Origin: Eledone cirrhosa
Taxonomy: Eukaryota
Length of the DNA stretch: 64,000 bases
Direction: 5' to 3'
NCBI GenBank assembly: GCA_964016885.1
Contig: OZ024742.1
Span: 139,066,001 to 139,130,000 of the forward strand
A model generated the notes under the pieces. That model was not told the DNA's origin. It saw only the letters and a program-made list of their open reading frames with translations, and ran no database searches. Within the stretch, counting starts at the first letter, position 1. Every line of letters starts with the position of its first letter. Position numbers and translations under genes: made by a program. Of this stretch, positions 22,401-36,600 are shown piece after piece.

Positions 22401-25400
22401 GAGAGTATTGGTGTGAGGGCAGTGTACTTCAATTGACGTTACATAGACAGTATTGGTGAGAGGGCAGTGTACTTCAACTGGTGTTACATAGAGAGTATTG
22501 GTGTGACGGGAGTATGCTTCAACTGGCGTTACATAGACAGTATTGGTGAGAGGGCAGTGTACTTCAACTGGTGTTACATAGACAGTATTGGTGTGACGGC
22601 AGTGTACTTCAACTGGCGTTACATAGACAGTATTGGTGTGAGGGCAGTGTTCTTCAACTGGCGTCACATAGACAGTATTGATGTGACGGCAGTGTATTTC
22701 AACTGGGGTTACATAGACAGTATTGGTGTGAGGGCAGTGTGCTTCAAATGGCGTTACATAGACAGTATTTGTGTGACGGCAGTATACTTCAACTGGCGTT
22801 ACATAGACAGTATTGGTGTGACGTCAGTATACTTCAACTGGCGTAACAAAGACAGTATTGGTGTGACGGCAGTATACTTCAACTGGCGTTACATAGACAG
22901 TATTGGTGTGACGGCAGTGTACTTCAACTGGCGTTACATAGACAGTATTGATGTGACGGCAGTGTACTTCAACTGGCGTTACATAGACAGTATTGGTGTG
23001 ACGGCAGTGTACTTCAACTGGCGTCACATAGAGAGTATTGGTGTGACGGCAGTGTACTTCATCTGGCGTTACATAGACAGTATGGGTGAGAGGGCAGTGT
23101 ACTTCAACTGGCGTAACATAGACGGTATTGGTGTGACGACAGTATACTTCAACTGGCGTTACATAGACAGTATTGGTGTGACGGCAGTGTACTTCAACTG
23201 GCGTTTCATAGACAGTATTGGTGTGAGGGCAGTGTGCTTCAACTGGCGTTAAATAGACAGTATTGGTGTGACGGCAGTGTACTTCAAAAGGGCGTTACAT
23301 AGACAGTATTGGTGTGACGGCAGTGTACTTGAACTGGCATCACATAGACAGTATTTGTGTGACGACAGCATACTTCAACTGGCGTTACATAGAGATTATT
23401 GGTGTGAGGGCAGTGTACTTCAACTGGCGTAACATAGACAGTACTGGTGTGACAGCAGTATAATTCAACTGGCGTTACATAGACAGTATTGGTGAGAGGT
23501 CAGTGTACTTCAACTGGTGTTACGTAGACAGTATTGGTGTGACGGCAGCGTACTTCAACTGGCGTTACATAGACAGTATTGGTGTTACGGCAATGTACTT
23601 CAACTGGTGTTACATAGACAGTATTGATGTGACGGCAGTGTACATCAACTGGCGTTACATAGACAGTATTGGTGTGAGGGAAGTGTGCTTCAAATGGGGT
23701 TACATAGACAGTATTGTGTGACGGCAGTGTACTTCAACTGGCGTTACTTAGACAGTATTTGTGTGAGGGCAGTGTACTTCAATTGGCGTTACATAGACAG
23801 TATTGATGTGACGGCAGTGTACATCAACTGGCGTTACATAGAGAGTTTTGGTGTGAGGGAAGTGTGCTTCAAATGGCGTTACATAGACAGTATTGGTGTG
23901 ACAGCAGTGTACTTCAACTGTTGTGACATAGACTATATTGGTGAGACGACAGTATAATTCAACTGGCGTCACAGAGACAGTATTTGTGTGACGGCAGTAT
24001 ACTTCAACTGGCGTTACATAGACAGTATTGGTGTGACGGCAGTATACTTCAACTGGCGTTACATAAACAGTATTGGTGTGACGGTAGTGTACTTCAACTG
24101 CCGTTACATAGGCAGTATTGGTGTGAGGGCAATGTACTTCAACTGGCGTTACATAGACAGTATTCATGTGACGGCAGTGTACTTCAACTGGCGTAACATA
24201 GACAGTATTGGTGTGAGGGCAGTGTGCTTCAAATAGCGTTACATAGACAGTATTGTCTGACGGCAGTGTACTTCAACTGGCGTTACTTAGACAGTATTGG
24301 TGTGAGGGCAGTGTACTTCAATTGGCGTTACATAGACAGTATTGATATGACGGCAGTGTACTTCAACTCGCGTTACATAGACAGTTTTGGTGTGAGGGAA
24401 GTGTGCTTCAAATGGCGTTACATAGACAGTATTGGTGTGACGGCAGTGTACATCAACTGGCGTTACATAGACAGTATTGGTGAGAGGGCAGTGTACTTCA
24501 ACTGGTGTTACATAGAGAGTATTGGTGTGACTGGAGTATGCTTCAACTGGCGTTACATAGACAGTATTGGTGAGAGGGCAGTGTACTTCAACTGGTGTTA
24601 CATAGACAGTATTGGTGTGACGGCAGTGTACTTCAACTGGTGTTACATAGACAGTATTGGTGTGAGGGCAGTGTTCTTCAACTGGCGTCACATAGACAGT
24701 ATTGATGTGACGGCAGTGTATTTCAACTGGGGTTACATAGACAGTATTGGTGTGAGGGCAGTGTGCTTCAAATGGCGTTACATAGACAGTATTTGTGTGA
24801 CGGCAGTATACTTCAACTGGCGTTACATAGACAGTATTGGTGTGACGTCAGTATACTTCAACTGGCGTAACAAAAGACAGTATTGGTGTGACGGCAGTGT
24901 ATTTCAACTGGCGTTACATAGACAGTATTGGTGTGACGGCAGTGTACTTCAACTGGCGTTACATAGACAGTATTGATGTGACGGCAGTGTACTTCAACTG
25001 GCGTTACATAGACAGTATTGGTGTGACGGCAGTGTACTTCAACTGGCGTCACATAGAGTGTATTGGTGTGAGGGCAGTGTACTTCAACTGGCGTTACATA
25101 GACAGTATTGGTGAGAGGGCAGTGTACTTCAACTGGCGTAACATAGACGGTATTGGTGTGACGACAGTATACTTCAACTGGCGTTACATAGACAGTATTG
25201 GTGTGACGGCAGTGTACTTCAACTGGCGTTTCATAGACAGTATTGGTGTGAGGGCAGTGTGCTTCAACTGGCGTTAAATAGACAGTATTGGTGTGACGGC
25301 AGTGTATTTCAAAAGGGCGTTACATGGACAGTATTGGTGTGACGGCAGTGTACTTGAACTGGCATCACATAGACAGTATTTGTGTGACGACAGTATACTT

Positions 25401-27649
25401 CAACTGGCGTTACATAGAGAGTATTGGTGTGAGGGCAGTGTACTTCAACTGGCGTAACATAGACAGTATTGGTGTGACGGCAGGATAATTCAACTGGCGT
25501 TACATAGACAGTATTGGTGAGAGGTCAGTGTACTTCAACTGGTGTTACATAGACAGTATTGGTGTGACGGCAGCGTACTTCAACTGGCGTTACATAGACA
25601 GTATTGGTGTTACGGCAATGTACTTCAACTGGTGTTACATAGACAGTATTGATGTGACGGCAGTCTACTTCAACTGGCGTTACATAGAGAGTTTTGGTGT
25701 GAGGGAAGTGTGCTTCAAATGGCGTTACATAGACAGTATTGGTGTGACGGCAGTGTACTTCAACTGTTGTCACATAGACTATATTGGTGAGACGACAGTA
25801 TAATTCAACTGGCGTCACATAGACAGTATTTGTGTGACGGCAGTATACTTCAACTGGCGTTACATAGACAGTATTGGTGTGACGGCAGTATACTTCAACT
25901 GGCGTTACATAAACAGTATTGGTGTGACGGTAGTGTACTTCAACTGCCGTTACATAGACAGTATTGGTGTGAGGGCAATGTACTTCAACTGGCGTTACAT
26001 AGACAGTATTGGTGTGAGGGCAGTGTGCTTCAAATAGCGTTACATAGACAGTATTGTCTGACGGCAGTGTACTTCAACTGGCGTTACTTAGACAGTATTG
26101 GTGTGAGGGCAGTGTACTTCAATTTGCGTTACATAGACAGTATTGATATGAGGGCAGTGTACTTCAACTGGCGTTACATAGACAGTTTTGGTGTGAGGGA
26201 AGTGTGCTTCAAATGGCGTTACATAGACAGTATTCGTGTGACGGCAGTGTACATCAACTGGCGTTACATAGACAGTATTGGTGAGAGGGCAGTGTATTTC
26301 AACTGGTGTTACATAGACAGTATTGGTGTGAAGGTAGTGTACTTCAACTGGCGTTACATAGAGAGTATTGGTGTGAGGGCAGTGTACTTCAATTGGCGTT
26401 ACATATACAGTATTGGTGAGAGGGCAGTGTACTTCAACTGTTTTTACATAGAGATTATTGGTGTGACGGCAGTGTACTTCAAATGGGGTTACATAGACAG
26501 TATTGGTGTGAGGGAAGTGTACTTCAAATGGCGTTACATAGACAGTATTGGTGTGACGGCAGTGTACTTCAACTGGCGTTACATAGACAGTATTGGTGTG
26601 ACGGCAGTGTACTTCAACTGGCGTTACATAGACAGTATTGGTGAGAGGGCAGTGTACTTCAACTGGTGTTACATAGACAGTACTGGTGTGACGGCAGTAT
26701 ACTTCAACTGGCGTTACATAGACAGTATTGGTGAGAGGGCAGTGTACTTCAACTATGTTACATAGACAGTATTGGTGTGACGGCAGTGTACTTCAACTGG
26801 CGTTACATAGAGAGTATTGGTGTGAGGGCAGTGTACTTCAACTGGTGTTACGTAGACAGTATTGGTGTGACGGCAGTAAGCTTCAACTGGCGTTACATAG
26901 ACAGTATTGTTGAGAGGGCAATGTACTTCAACTGGTGTTACATTGACAGTATTGGTGTGACGGCAGTATACTTCAACTGGCGTTACATAGACAGTATTGG
27001 TGTGACGGCAGTGTACTTCAAATGGCATCACATAGACAGTATTTGTGTGACGGCAGTATACTTCAACTGGCGTTACATAGACAGTATTGGTGTGAGGGCA
27101 GTTTATTTCAACTGGCGTTACATAGGCAGTATTGGCGTGACGGTAGTGTACTTCAACTGGCGTTACATAGACAGTATTGGTGTTACGGCAATGTACTTCC
27201 ACTGGTGTTACATAGAGAGTATTGGTGTGACGGCAATGTACTTCAAATGGCGTTACATAAACAGTATTGGTGAGCGGGCAGTGTCCTTCAACTGGTGTTA
27301 CATAGACAGTATTGGTGTGAGGGCAGTGTACTTCAATTGGCGTTACATAGACAGTATTGATGTGACGGCAGTGTACTTCAACTGGTGTTACATAGACAGT
27401 ATTGGTGTGAGGGAAGTGTACTTCAAATGGTGTTACATAGACAGTGTTGGTGTGACGGCAGTGTACTTCAACTGGCGTTACATAGACAGTATTGGTGTGA
27501 CGGCAGTGTACTTCAACTGGCGTTACATAGACAGTATTGGTGAGAGGGCAGTGTACTTCAACTGGTGTTACATAGACAGTATTGGTGTGACGGCAGTATA
27601 CTTCAACTGGCGTTACATACAAAGTATTGGTGAGAGGGCAGTGTTCTTC

Positions 27650-30600
27650 AACTATGTTACATAGACAGTATTGGTGTGACCGCAGTATACTTCAACTGGC
27701 GTTACATAGAGAGTATTGGTGTGAGGGCAGTGTACTTCAATTGGCGTTACATAGACAGTATTGGTGAGAGGGCAGTGTACTTCAACTGGTGTTACATAGA
27801 CAGTATTGGTGTGACGGCAGTAAGCTTCAACTGGCGTTACATAGACAGTATTTGTGAGAGGGCAGTGTACATCAACTGGTGTTACATAGACAGTATTGGT
27901 GTGACGGCAGTATACTTCAACTGGCGTTACATAGACAGTATTGGTGTGACGGCAGTGTACTTCAACTGGCATCACATAGACAGTATTTGTGTGACGGCAG
28001 TATACTTCAACTGGCGTTACATAGACAGTATTGGTGTGAGGGCACTGTACTTCAACTGGCGTTACATAGACAGTATTGGCGTGACGGTAGTGTCCTTCAA
28101 CTGGCGTTACATAGAGAGTATTGGTGTGACGGCAGTGTACTTCAAATGGCGTTACATAAACAGTATTGGTGAGCGGGCAGTGTACTTCACCTGGTGTTAC
28201 ATAGACAGTATTGGTGTGACGGCAGTGTAATTCAACTGGCGTTACATAGACAGTATTGGTGAGAGGGCAGTGTTCTTCAACTGGCGTTACATAGACAGTA
28301 TTGGTGTAACTGCAGTGTACTTCAACTGGCATCACATAGACAGTATTTGTGTGACGACAGTATACTTCAACTGGCGTTACATAGACAGTATTGGTGTGAG
28401 GGCAGGGTACTTCAACTGGCGTTACATAGACAGTATTGGTGTGACGGCAGTATAATTCAACTGGCGTTACATAGACAGTAATGGTGAGAGGGCAGTGTAA
28501 TTCAACTGGTGTTACATAGAGAGTATTGGTGTGACGGCAGTGTAATTCAACTGGCGTTACATAGACAGTATTGGTGTGAGGGCAATGTACGTCAACTGGT
28601 GTTACATAGACAGTATTGATGTGACGGCAGTGTACTTCAACTGGCGTTACATAGACAGTATTTGTGTGAGGGCAGTGTACTTCAATTGGCGTTACATAGA
28701 CAGTATTGATGTGACGGCAGTGTACTTCAACTGGCGTTACATAGAGAGTCTTGGTGTGAGGGAAGTGTGCTTCAAATGGCGTTACATAGACAGTATTGGT
28801 GTGACGGCAGTGTACTTCAACTGTTGTCACATAGACTATATTGGTGAGACGACAGTATAATTCAACTGGCGTCACATAGACAGTATTTGTGTGACGGCAG
28901 TATACTTCAAATGGCGTTACATAGACAGTATTAGTGTGACGGCAGTATACTTCAACTGGCGTTACATAAACAGTATTGGTGTGACGGTAGTGTACTTCAA
29001 CTGCTGTTACATAGACAGTATTGGTGTGAGGGCAATGTACTTCAACTGGCGTTACATAGACAGTATTCATGTGACGGCAGTGTACTTCAACTGGCGTAAC
29101 ATAGACAGTATTGGTGTGAGGGCAGTGTGCTTCAAATAGCGTTACATAGACAGTATTGTCTGACGGCAGTGTACTTCAACTGGCGGTACTTAGACAGTAT
29201 TGGTGTGAGGGCAGTGTACTTCAATTGGCGTTACATAGACAGTATTGATATGACGGCAGTGTACTTCAACTGGCGTTACATAGACAGTTTTGGTGTGAGG
29301 TAAGTGTGCTTCAAATGGCGTCACATAGATAGTATTGGTGTGACGGCAGTGTACATCAACTGGCGTTACATAGACAGTATTGGTGAGAGCGCAGTGTATT
29401 TCAACTGGTGTTACATAGACAGTATTGGTGTGAAGGTAGTGTACTTCAACTGGCGTTACATAGAGAGTATTGGTGTGAGGGCAGTGTACTTCAATTGGCG
29501 TTACATGTACAGTATTGGTGAGAGGGCAGTGTACTTCAACTGTTGTTACATAGACATTATTGGTGTGACGGCAGTGTACTTCAACTGGTGTTACATAGAC
29601 AGTACTGGTGTGACGGCAGTATACTTCAAATGGCGTTACATAGACAGTATTGGTGAGAGGGCAGTGTACTTCAACTATGTTACATAGACAGTATTGGTGT
29701 GACGGCAGTGTACTTCAACTGGCGTTACATAGAGAGTATTGGTGTGAGGGCAGTGTACTTCAACTGGTGTTACATAGAAAATATTGGTGTGACGGCAGTA
29801 AGCTTCAACTGGCGTTACATAGACAGTATTGTTGAGAGGGCAATGTACTTCAACTGGTGTTACATAGACAGTATTGGTGTGACGGCAGTATACTTCAACT
29901 GGCGTTACATAGACAGTATTGGTGTGACGGCAGTGTACTTCAACTGGCATCACATAGACAGTATTTGTGTGACGGCAGTATACTTCAACTGGCGTTACAT
30001 AGACAGTATTGGTGTGAGGGCAGTTTACTTCAACTGGCGTTACATAGACAGTATTGGCGTGACGGTAGTGTACTTCAACTGGCGTTACATAGACAGTATT
30101 GGTGTGACGGCAGTGTACTTCAACTGGCGTTACATAGACAGTAATGGTGAGAGGGCAGTGTACTTCAACTGGTGTTACATAGAGAGTATTGGTGTTACGG
30201 CAATCTACTTCCACTGGTGTTACATAGAGAGTATTGGTGTGACGGCAATGTACCTCAAATGTCGTTACATAAACAGTATTGGTGAGCGGGCAGTGTCCTT
30301 CAACTGGTGTTACATAGACAGTATTGGTGTGAGGGCAGTGTACTTCAATTGGCGTTACATAGAGAGTATTGGTGAGAGGGCAGTGTACTTCAACTGGTGT
30401 TACATAGACAGTATTGGTGTGACGGCAGTATACTTCAACTGGCGTTACATAGACAGTATTGGTGTGACGGCAGTGTACTTCAACTGGCATCACATAGACA
30501 GTATTTGTGTGACGGCAGTATACTTCAACTGGCGTTACATAGACAGTATTGGTGTGAGGGCACTGTACTTCAACTGGCGTTACATAGACAGTATTGGCGT

Positions 30601-33600
30601 GACGGTAGTGTCCTTCAACTGGCGTTACATAGACAGTATTGGTGTTACGGCAATGTACTTCCACTGGTGTTACATAGACAGTATTTGTGTGACGACAGTA
30701 TACTTCAACTGGCGTTACATAGACAGTATTGGTGTGAGGGCAGGGTACTTCAACTGGCGTTACATAGACAGTATTGGTGTGACGGCAGTATAATTCAACT
30801 GGCGTTACATAGACAGTAATGGTGAGAGGGCAGTGTACTTCAACTGGTGTTACATAGAGAGTATTGGTGTGACGGCAGTGTAATTCAACTGGCGTTACAT
30901 AGACAGTATTGGTGTGAGGGCAATGTACTTCAACTGGTGTTACATAGACAGTATTGATGTGACGGCAGTGTACTTCAACTGGCGTTGCATAGACAGTATT
31001 AGTGTGAGGGAAGTGTGCTTCAAATGGGGTTACATAGACAGTATTGGTGTGAGGGCAGTGTACTTCAATTGGCGTTACATAGACAGTATTGATGTGACGG
31101 CAGTGTACTTCAACTGGCGTTACATAGAGAGTATTGGTGTGAGGGAAGTGAGCTTCAAATGGCATTAGATAGACAGTATTGGTGTGACGGCAGTGTACTT
31201 CAACTGTTGTCACATAGACTATATTGGTGAGACGACAGTATAATTGAACTGGCGTTACATAGACAGTATTGGTGTTACGGCATTGTACTTCACCTGGCGT
31301 TACAGAGACAGTATTGGTGTGACGACAGTATACTTCAACTGGCGTTACATAGACAGTATTGGTGTGACGGCAGTGTACTTCAACTGGCATCACATAGACA
31401 GTATTTCTGTGACGGCAGTTTACTTCAACTGGCGTTACATAGACAGTATTGGTGTGAGGGCAGTGTACTTCAACTGGCGTTACATAGACAGTATTTGTGT
31501 GACGGCAGTGTACTTCAACTGGCGTTACATAGACAGTATTGGTGTGATGCAGTGTAATTCAACTGCCGTCACATAGACAGTATTTGTGTGACGGCAGTAT
31601 ACTTCAGCTGGCGTTACATAGACAGTATTGGTGTGACGGAAGTGTACTTCAACTGGCGTTACATAGACAGTATTTGTGTTACGGCAATGTACTTCCACTT
31701 GTGTTACATAGACAGTATTGGTGTGACGGCAGTGTACTTCAACTGGCGTCACATAGACAGTATTGGTGTGAGGGCAATGTACTTCAACTAGCGTTACATA
31801 GACAGTATTCATGTGACGGCTGTTTAGTTCAACTGGCGTTACATAGACAGTATTGGTGTGAGGGTAGTGTGCTTCAAATGGCGTTACATAGACAGTATTG
31901 TGTGAGGGCAGTGTACTTCAACTGGCGTTACTTAGACAGTATTGGTGTGAGGGCAGCGTACTTCAAATGGCGTTACATAGACAGTATTGGTGTGACGGCT
32001 GTGTACTTCAACTGGCGTCACATAGACTATATTGGTGAGACGACAGTATACTTCAACTGGCGTTACATAAACAGTATTGGTGTGACGGAAGTGTACTTCA
32101 GCTGGCGTTACATAGACAGTATTGGTGAGAGGGCAGTGTATTTCAACTGGTGTTACATAGACAGTATTGGTGTGAAGGTAGTGTACTTCAACTGGCGTTA
32201 CAGAGAGAGTATTGGTGTGAGGGCAGTGTACTACAATTGGCGTTACATAGACAGTATTGGTGAGAGGGCAGTGTACTTCAACTGTTGTTACATAGACATT
32301 ATTGGTGTGACGGCAGTGTACTTCAACTGGTGTTACATAGACTGTATTGGTGTGAGGGAAGTGTACTTCAAATGGCGTTACATAGACAGTATTGGTGTGA
32401 CGGCAGTGTACTTCAACTGGCGTTACATAGACAGTATTGGTGTGACGGCAGTGTACTTCAACTGGCGTTACATAGACAGTATTGGTGAGAGGGCAGTGTA
32501 CTTCAACTGGTGTTACATAGACAGTATTGGTGTGACGGCAGTAAGCTTCAACTGGCGTTACATAGACAGTATTTGTGAGAGGGCAGTGTACATCAACTGG
32601 TGTTACATAGACAGTATTGGTGTGACGGCAGTATACTTCAACTGGCGTTACATAGACAGTATTGGTGTGACGGCAGTGTACTTCAACTGGCATCACATAG
32701 ACAGTATTTGTGTGACGGCAGTATACTTCAACTGGCGTTACATAGACAGTATTGGTGTGAGGGCACTGTACTTCAACTGGCGTTACATAGACAGTATTGG
32801 CGTGACGGTAGTGTCCTTCAACTGGCGTTACATAGAGAGTATTGGTGTGACGGCAGTGTACTTCAAATGGCGTTACATAAACAGTATTGGTGAGCGGGCA
32901 GTGTACTTCAACTGGTGTTACATAGACAGTATTGGTGTGACGGCAGTGTAATTCAACTGGCGTTACATAGACAGTATTGGTGAGAGGGCAGTGTTCTTCA
33001 ACTGGCGTTACATAGACAGTATTGGTGTAACTGCAGTGTACTTCAACTGGCATCACATAGACAGTATTTGTGTGACGACAGTATACTTCAACTGGCGTTA
33101 CATAGACAGTATTGGTGTGAGGGCAGGGTACTTCAACTGGCGTTACATAGACAGTATTGGTGTGACGGCAGTATAATTCAACTGGCGTTACATAGACAGT
33201 AATGGTGAGAGGGCAGTGTACTTCAACTGGTGTTACATAGAGAGTATTGGTGTGACGGCAGTGTAATTCAACTGGCGTTACATAGACAGTATTGGTGTGA
33301 GGGCAATGTACGTCAACTGGTGTTACATAGACAGTATTGATGTGACGGCAGTGTACTTCAACTGGCGTTACATAGACAGTATTTGTGTGAGGGCAGTGTA
33401 CTTCAATTGGCGTTACATAGACAGTATTGATGTGACGGCAGTGTACTTCAACTGGCGTTACATAGAGAGTCTTGGTGTGAGGGAAGTGTGCTTCAAATGG
33501 CGTTACATAGACAGTATTGGTGTGACGGCAGTGTACTTCAACTGTTGTCACATAGACTATATTGGTGAGACGACAGTATAATTCAACTGGCGTCACATAG

Positions 33601-36600
33601 ACAGTATTTGTGTGACGGCAGTATACTTCAAATGGCGTTACATAGACAGTATTAGTGTGACGGCAGTATACTTCAACTGGCGTTACATAAACAGTATTGG
33701 TGTGACGGTAGTGTACTTCAACTGCTGTTACATAGACAGTATTGGTGTGAGGGCAATGTACTTCAACTGGCGTAACATAGACAGTATTGGTGTGAGGGCA
33801 GTGTGCTTCAAATAGCGTTACATAGACAGTATTGTCTGACGGCAGTGTACTTCAACTGGCGGTACTTAGACAGTATTGGTGTGAGGGCAGTGTACTTCAA
33901 TTGGCGTTACATAGACAGTATTGATATGACGGCAGTGTACTTCAACTGGCGTTACATAGACAGTTTTGGTGTGAGGTAAGTGTGCTTCAAATGGCGTCAC
34001 ATAGATAGTATTGGTGTGACGGCAGTGTACATCAACTGGCGTTACATAGACAGTATTGGTGAGAGCGCAGTGTATTTCAACTGGTGTTACATAGACAGTA
34101 TTGGTGTGAAGGTAGTGTACTTCAACTGGCGTTACATAGAGAGTATTGGTGTGAGGGCAGTGTACTTCAATTGGCGTTACATATACAGTATTGGTGAGAG
34201 GGCAGTGTACTTCAACTGTTGTTACATAGACATTATTGGTGTGACGGCAGTGTACTTCAACTGGTGTTACATAGACAGTACTGGTGTGACGGCAGTATAC
34301 TTCAAATGGCGTTACATAGACAGTATTGGTGAGAGGGCAGTGTACTTCAACTATGTTACATAGACAGTATTGGTGTGACGGCAGTGTACTTCAACTGGCG
34401 TTACATAGAGAGTATTGGTGTGAGGGCAGTGTACTTCAACTGGTGTTACATAGAAAATATTGGTGTGACGGCAGTAAGCTTCAACTGGCGTTACATAGAC
34501 AGTATTGTTGAGAGGGCAATGTACTTCAACTGGTGTTACATAGACAGTATTGGTGTGACGGCAGTATACTTCAACTGGCGTTACATAGACAGTATTGGTG
34601 TGACGGCAGTGTACTTCAACTGGCATCACATAGACAGTATTTGTGTGACGGCAGTATACTTCAACTGGCGTTACATAGACAGTATTGGTGTGAGGGCAGT
34701 TTACTTCAACTGGCGTTACATAGACAGTATTGGCGTGACGGTAGTGTACTTCAACTGGCGTTACATAGACAGTATTGGTGTGACGGCAGTGTACTTCAAC
34801 TGGCGTTACATAGACAGTAATGGTGAGAGGGCAGTGTACTTCAACTGGTGTTACATAGAGAGTATTGGTGTTACGGCAATCTACTTCCACTGGTGTTACA
34901 TAGAGAGTATTGGTGTGACGGCAATGTACCTCAAATGTCGTTACATAAACAGTATTGGTGAGCGGGCAGTGTCCTTCAACTGGTGTTACATAGACAGTAT
35001 TGGTGTGAGGGCAGTGTACTTCAATTGGCGTTACATAGAGAGTATTGGTGAGAGGGCAGTGTACTTCAACTGGTGTTACATAGACAGTATTGGTGTGACG
35101 GCAGTATACTTCAACTGGCGTTACATAGACAGTATTGGTGTGACGGCAGTGTACTTCAACTGGCATCACATAGACAGTATTTGTGTGACGGCAGTATACT
35201 TCAACTGGCGTTACATAGACAGTATTGGTGTGAGGGCACTGTACTTCAACTGGCGTTACATAGACAGTATTGGCGTGACGGTAGTGTCCTTCAACTGGCG
35301 TTACATAGACAGTATTGGTGTTACGGCAATGTACTTCCACTGGTGTTACATAGACAGTATTTGTGTGACGACAGTATACTTCAACTGGCGTTACATAGAC
35401 AGTATTGGTGTGAGGGCAGGGTACTTCAACTGGCGTTACATAGACAGTATTGGTGTGACGGCAGTATAATTCAACTGGCGTTACATAGACAGTAATGGTG
35501 AGAGGGCAGTGTACTTCAACTGGCGTTACATAGAGAGTATTGGTGTGACGGCAGTGTACTTCAAATGGCGTTACATAAACAGTATTGGTGAGCGGGCAGT
35601 GTACTTCACCTGGTGTTACATAGACAGTATTGGTGTGACGGCAGTGTAATTCAACTGGCGTTACATAGACAGTATTGGTGAGAGGGCAGTGTTCTTCAAC
35701 TGGCGTTACATAGACAGTATTGGTGTAACTGCAGTGTACTTCAACTGGCATCACATAGACAGTATTTGTGTGACGACAGTATACTTCAACTGGCGTTACA
35801 TAGACAGTATTGGTGTGAGGGCAGGGTACTTCAACTGGCGTTACATAGACAGTATTGGTGTGACGGCAGTATAATTCAACTGGCGTTACATAGACAGTAA
35901 TGGTGAGAGGGCAGTGTACTTCAACTGGTGTTACATAGAGAGTATTGGTGTGACGGCAGTGTAATTCAACTGGCGTTACATAGACAGTATTGGTGTGAGG
36001 GCAATGTACGTCAACTGGTGTTACATAGACAGTATTGATGTGACGGCAGTGTACTTCAACTGGCGTTACATAGACAGTATTTGTGTGAGGGCAGTGTACT
36101 TCAATTGGCGTTACATAGACAGTATTGATGTGACGGCAGTGTACTTCAACTGGCGTTACATAGAGAGTCTTGGTGTGAGGGAAGTGTGCTTCAAATGGCG
36201 TTACATAGACAGTATTGGTGTGACGGCAGTGTACTTCAACTGTTGTCACATAGACTATATTGGTGAGACGACAGTATAATTCAACTGGCGTCACATAGAC
36301 AGTATTTGTGTGACGGCAGTATACTTCAAATGGCGTTACATAGACAGTATTAGTGTGACGGCAGTATACTTCAACTGGCGTTACATAAACAGTATTGGTG
36401 TGACGGTAGTGTACTTCAACTGCTGTTACATAGACAGTATTGGTGTGAGGGCAATGTACTTCAACTGGCGTTACATAGACAGTATTCATGTGACGGCAGT
36501 GTACTTCAACTGGCGTAACATAGACAGTATTGGTGTGAGGGCAGTGTGCTTCAAATAGCGTTACATAGACAGTATTGTCTGACGGCAGTGTGCTTCAACT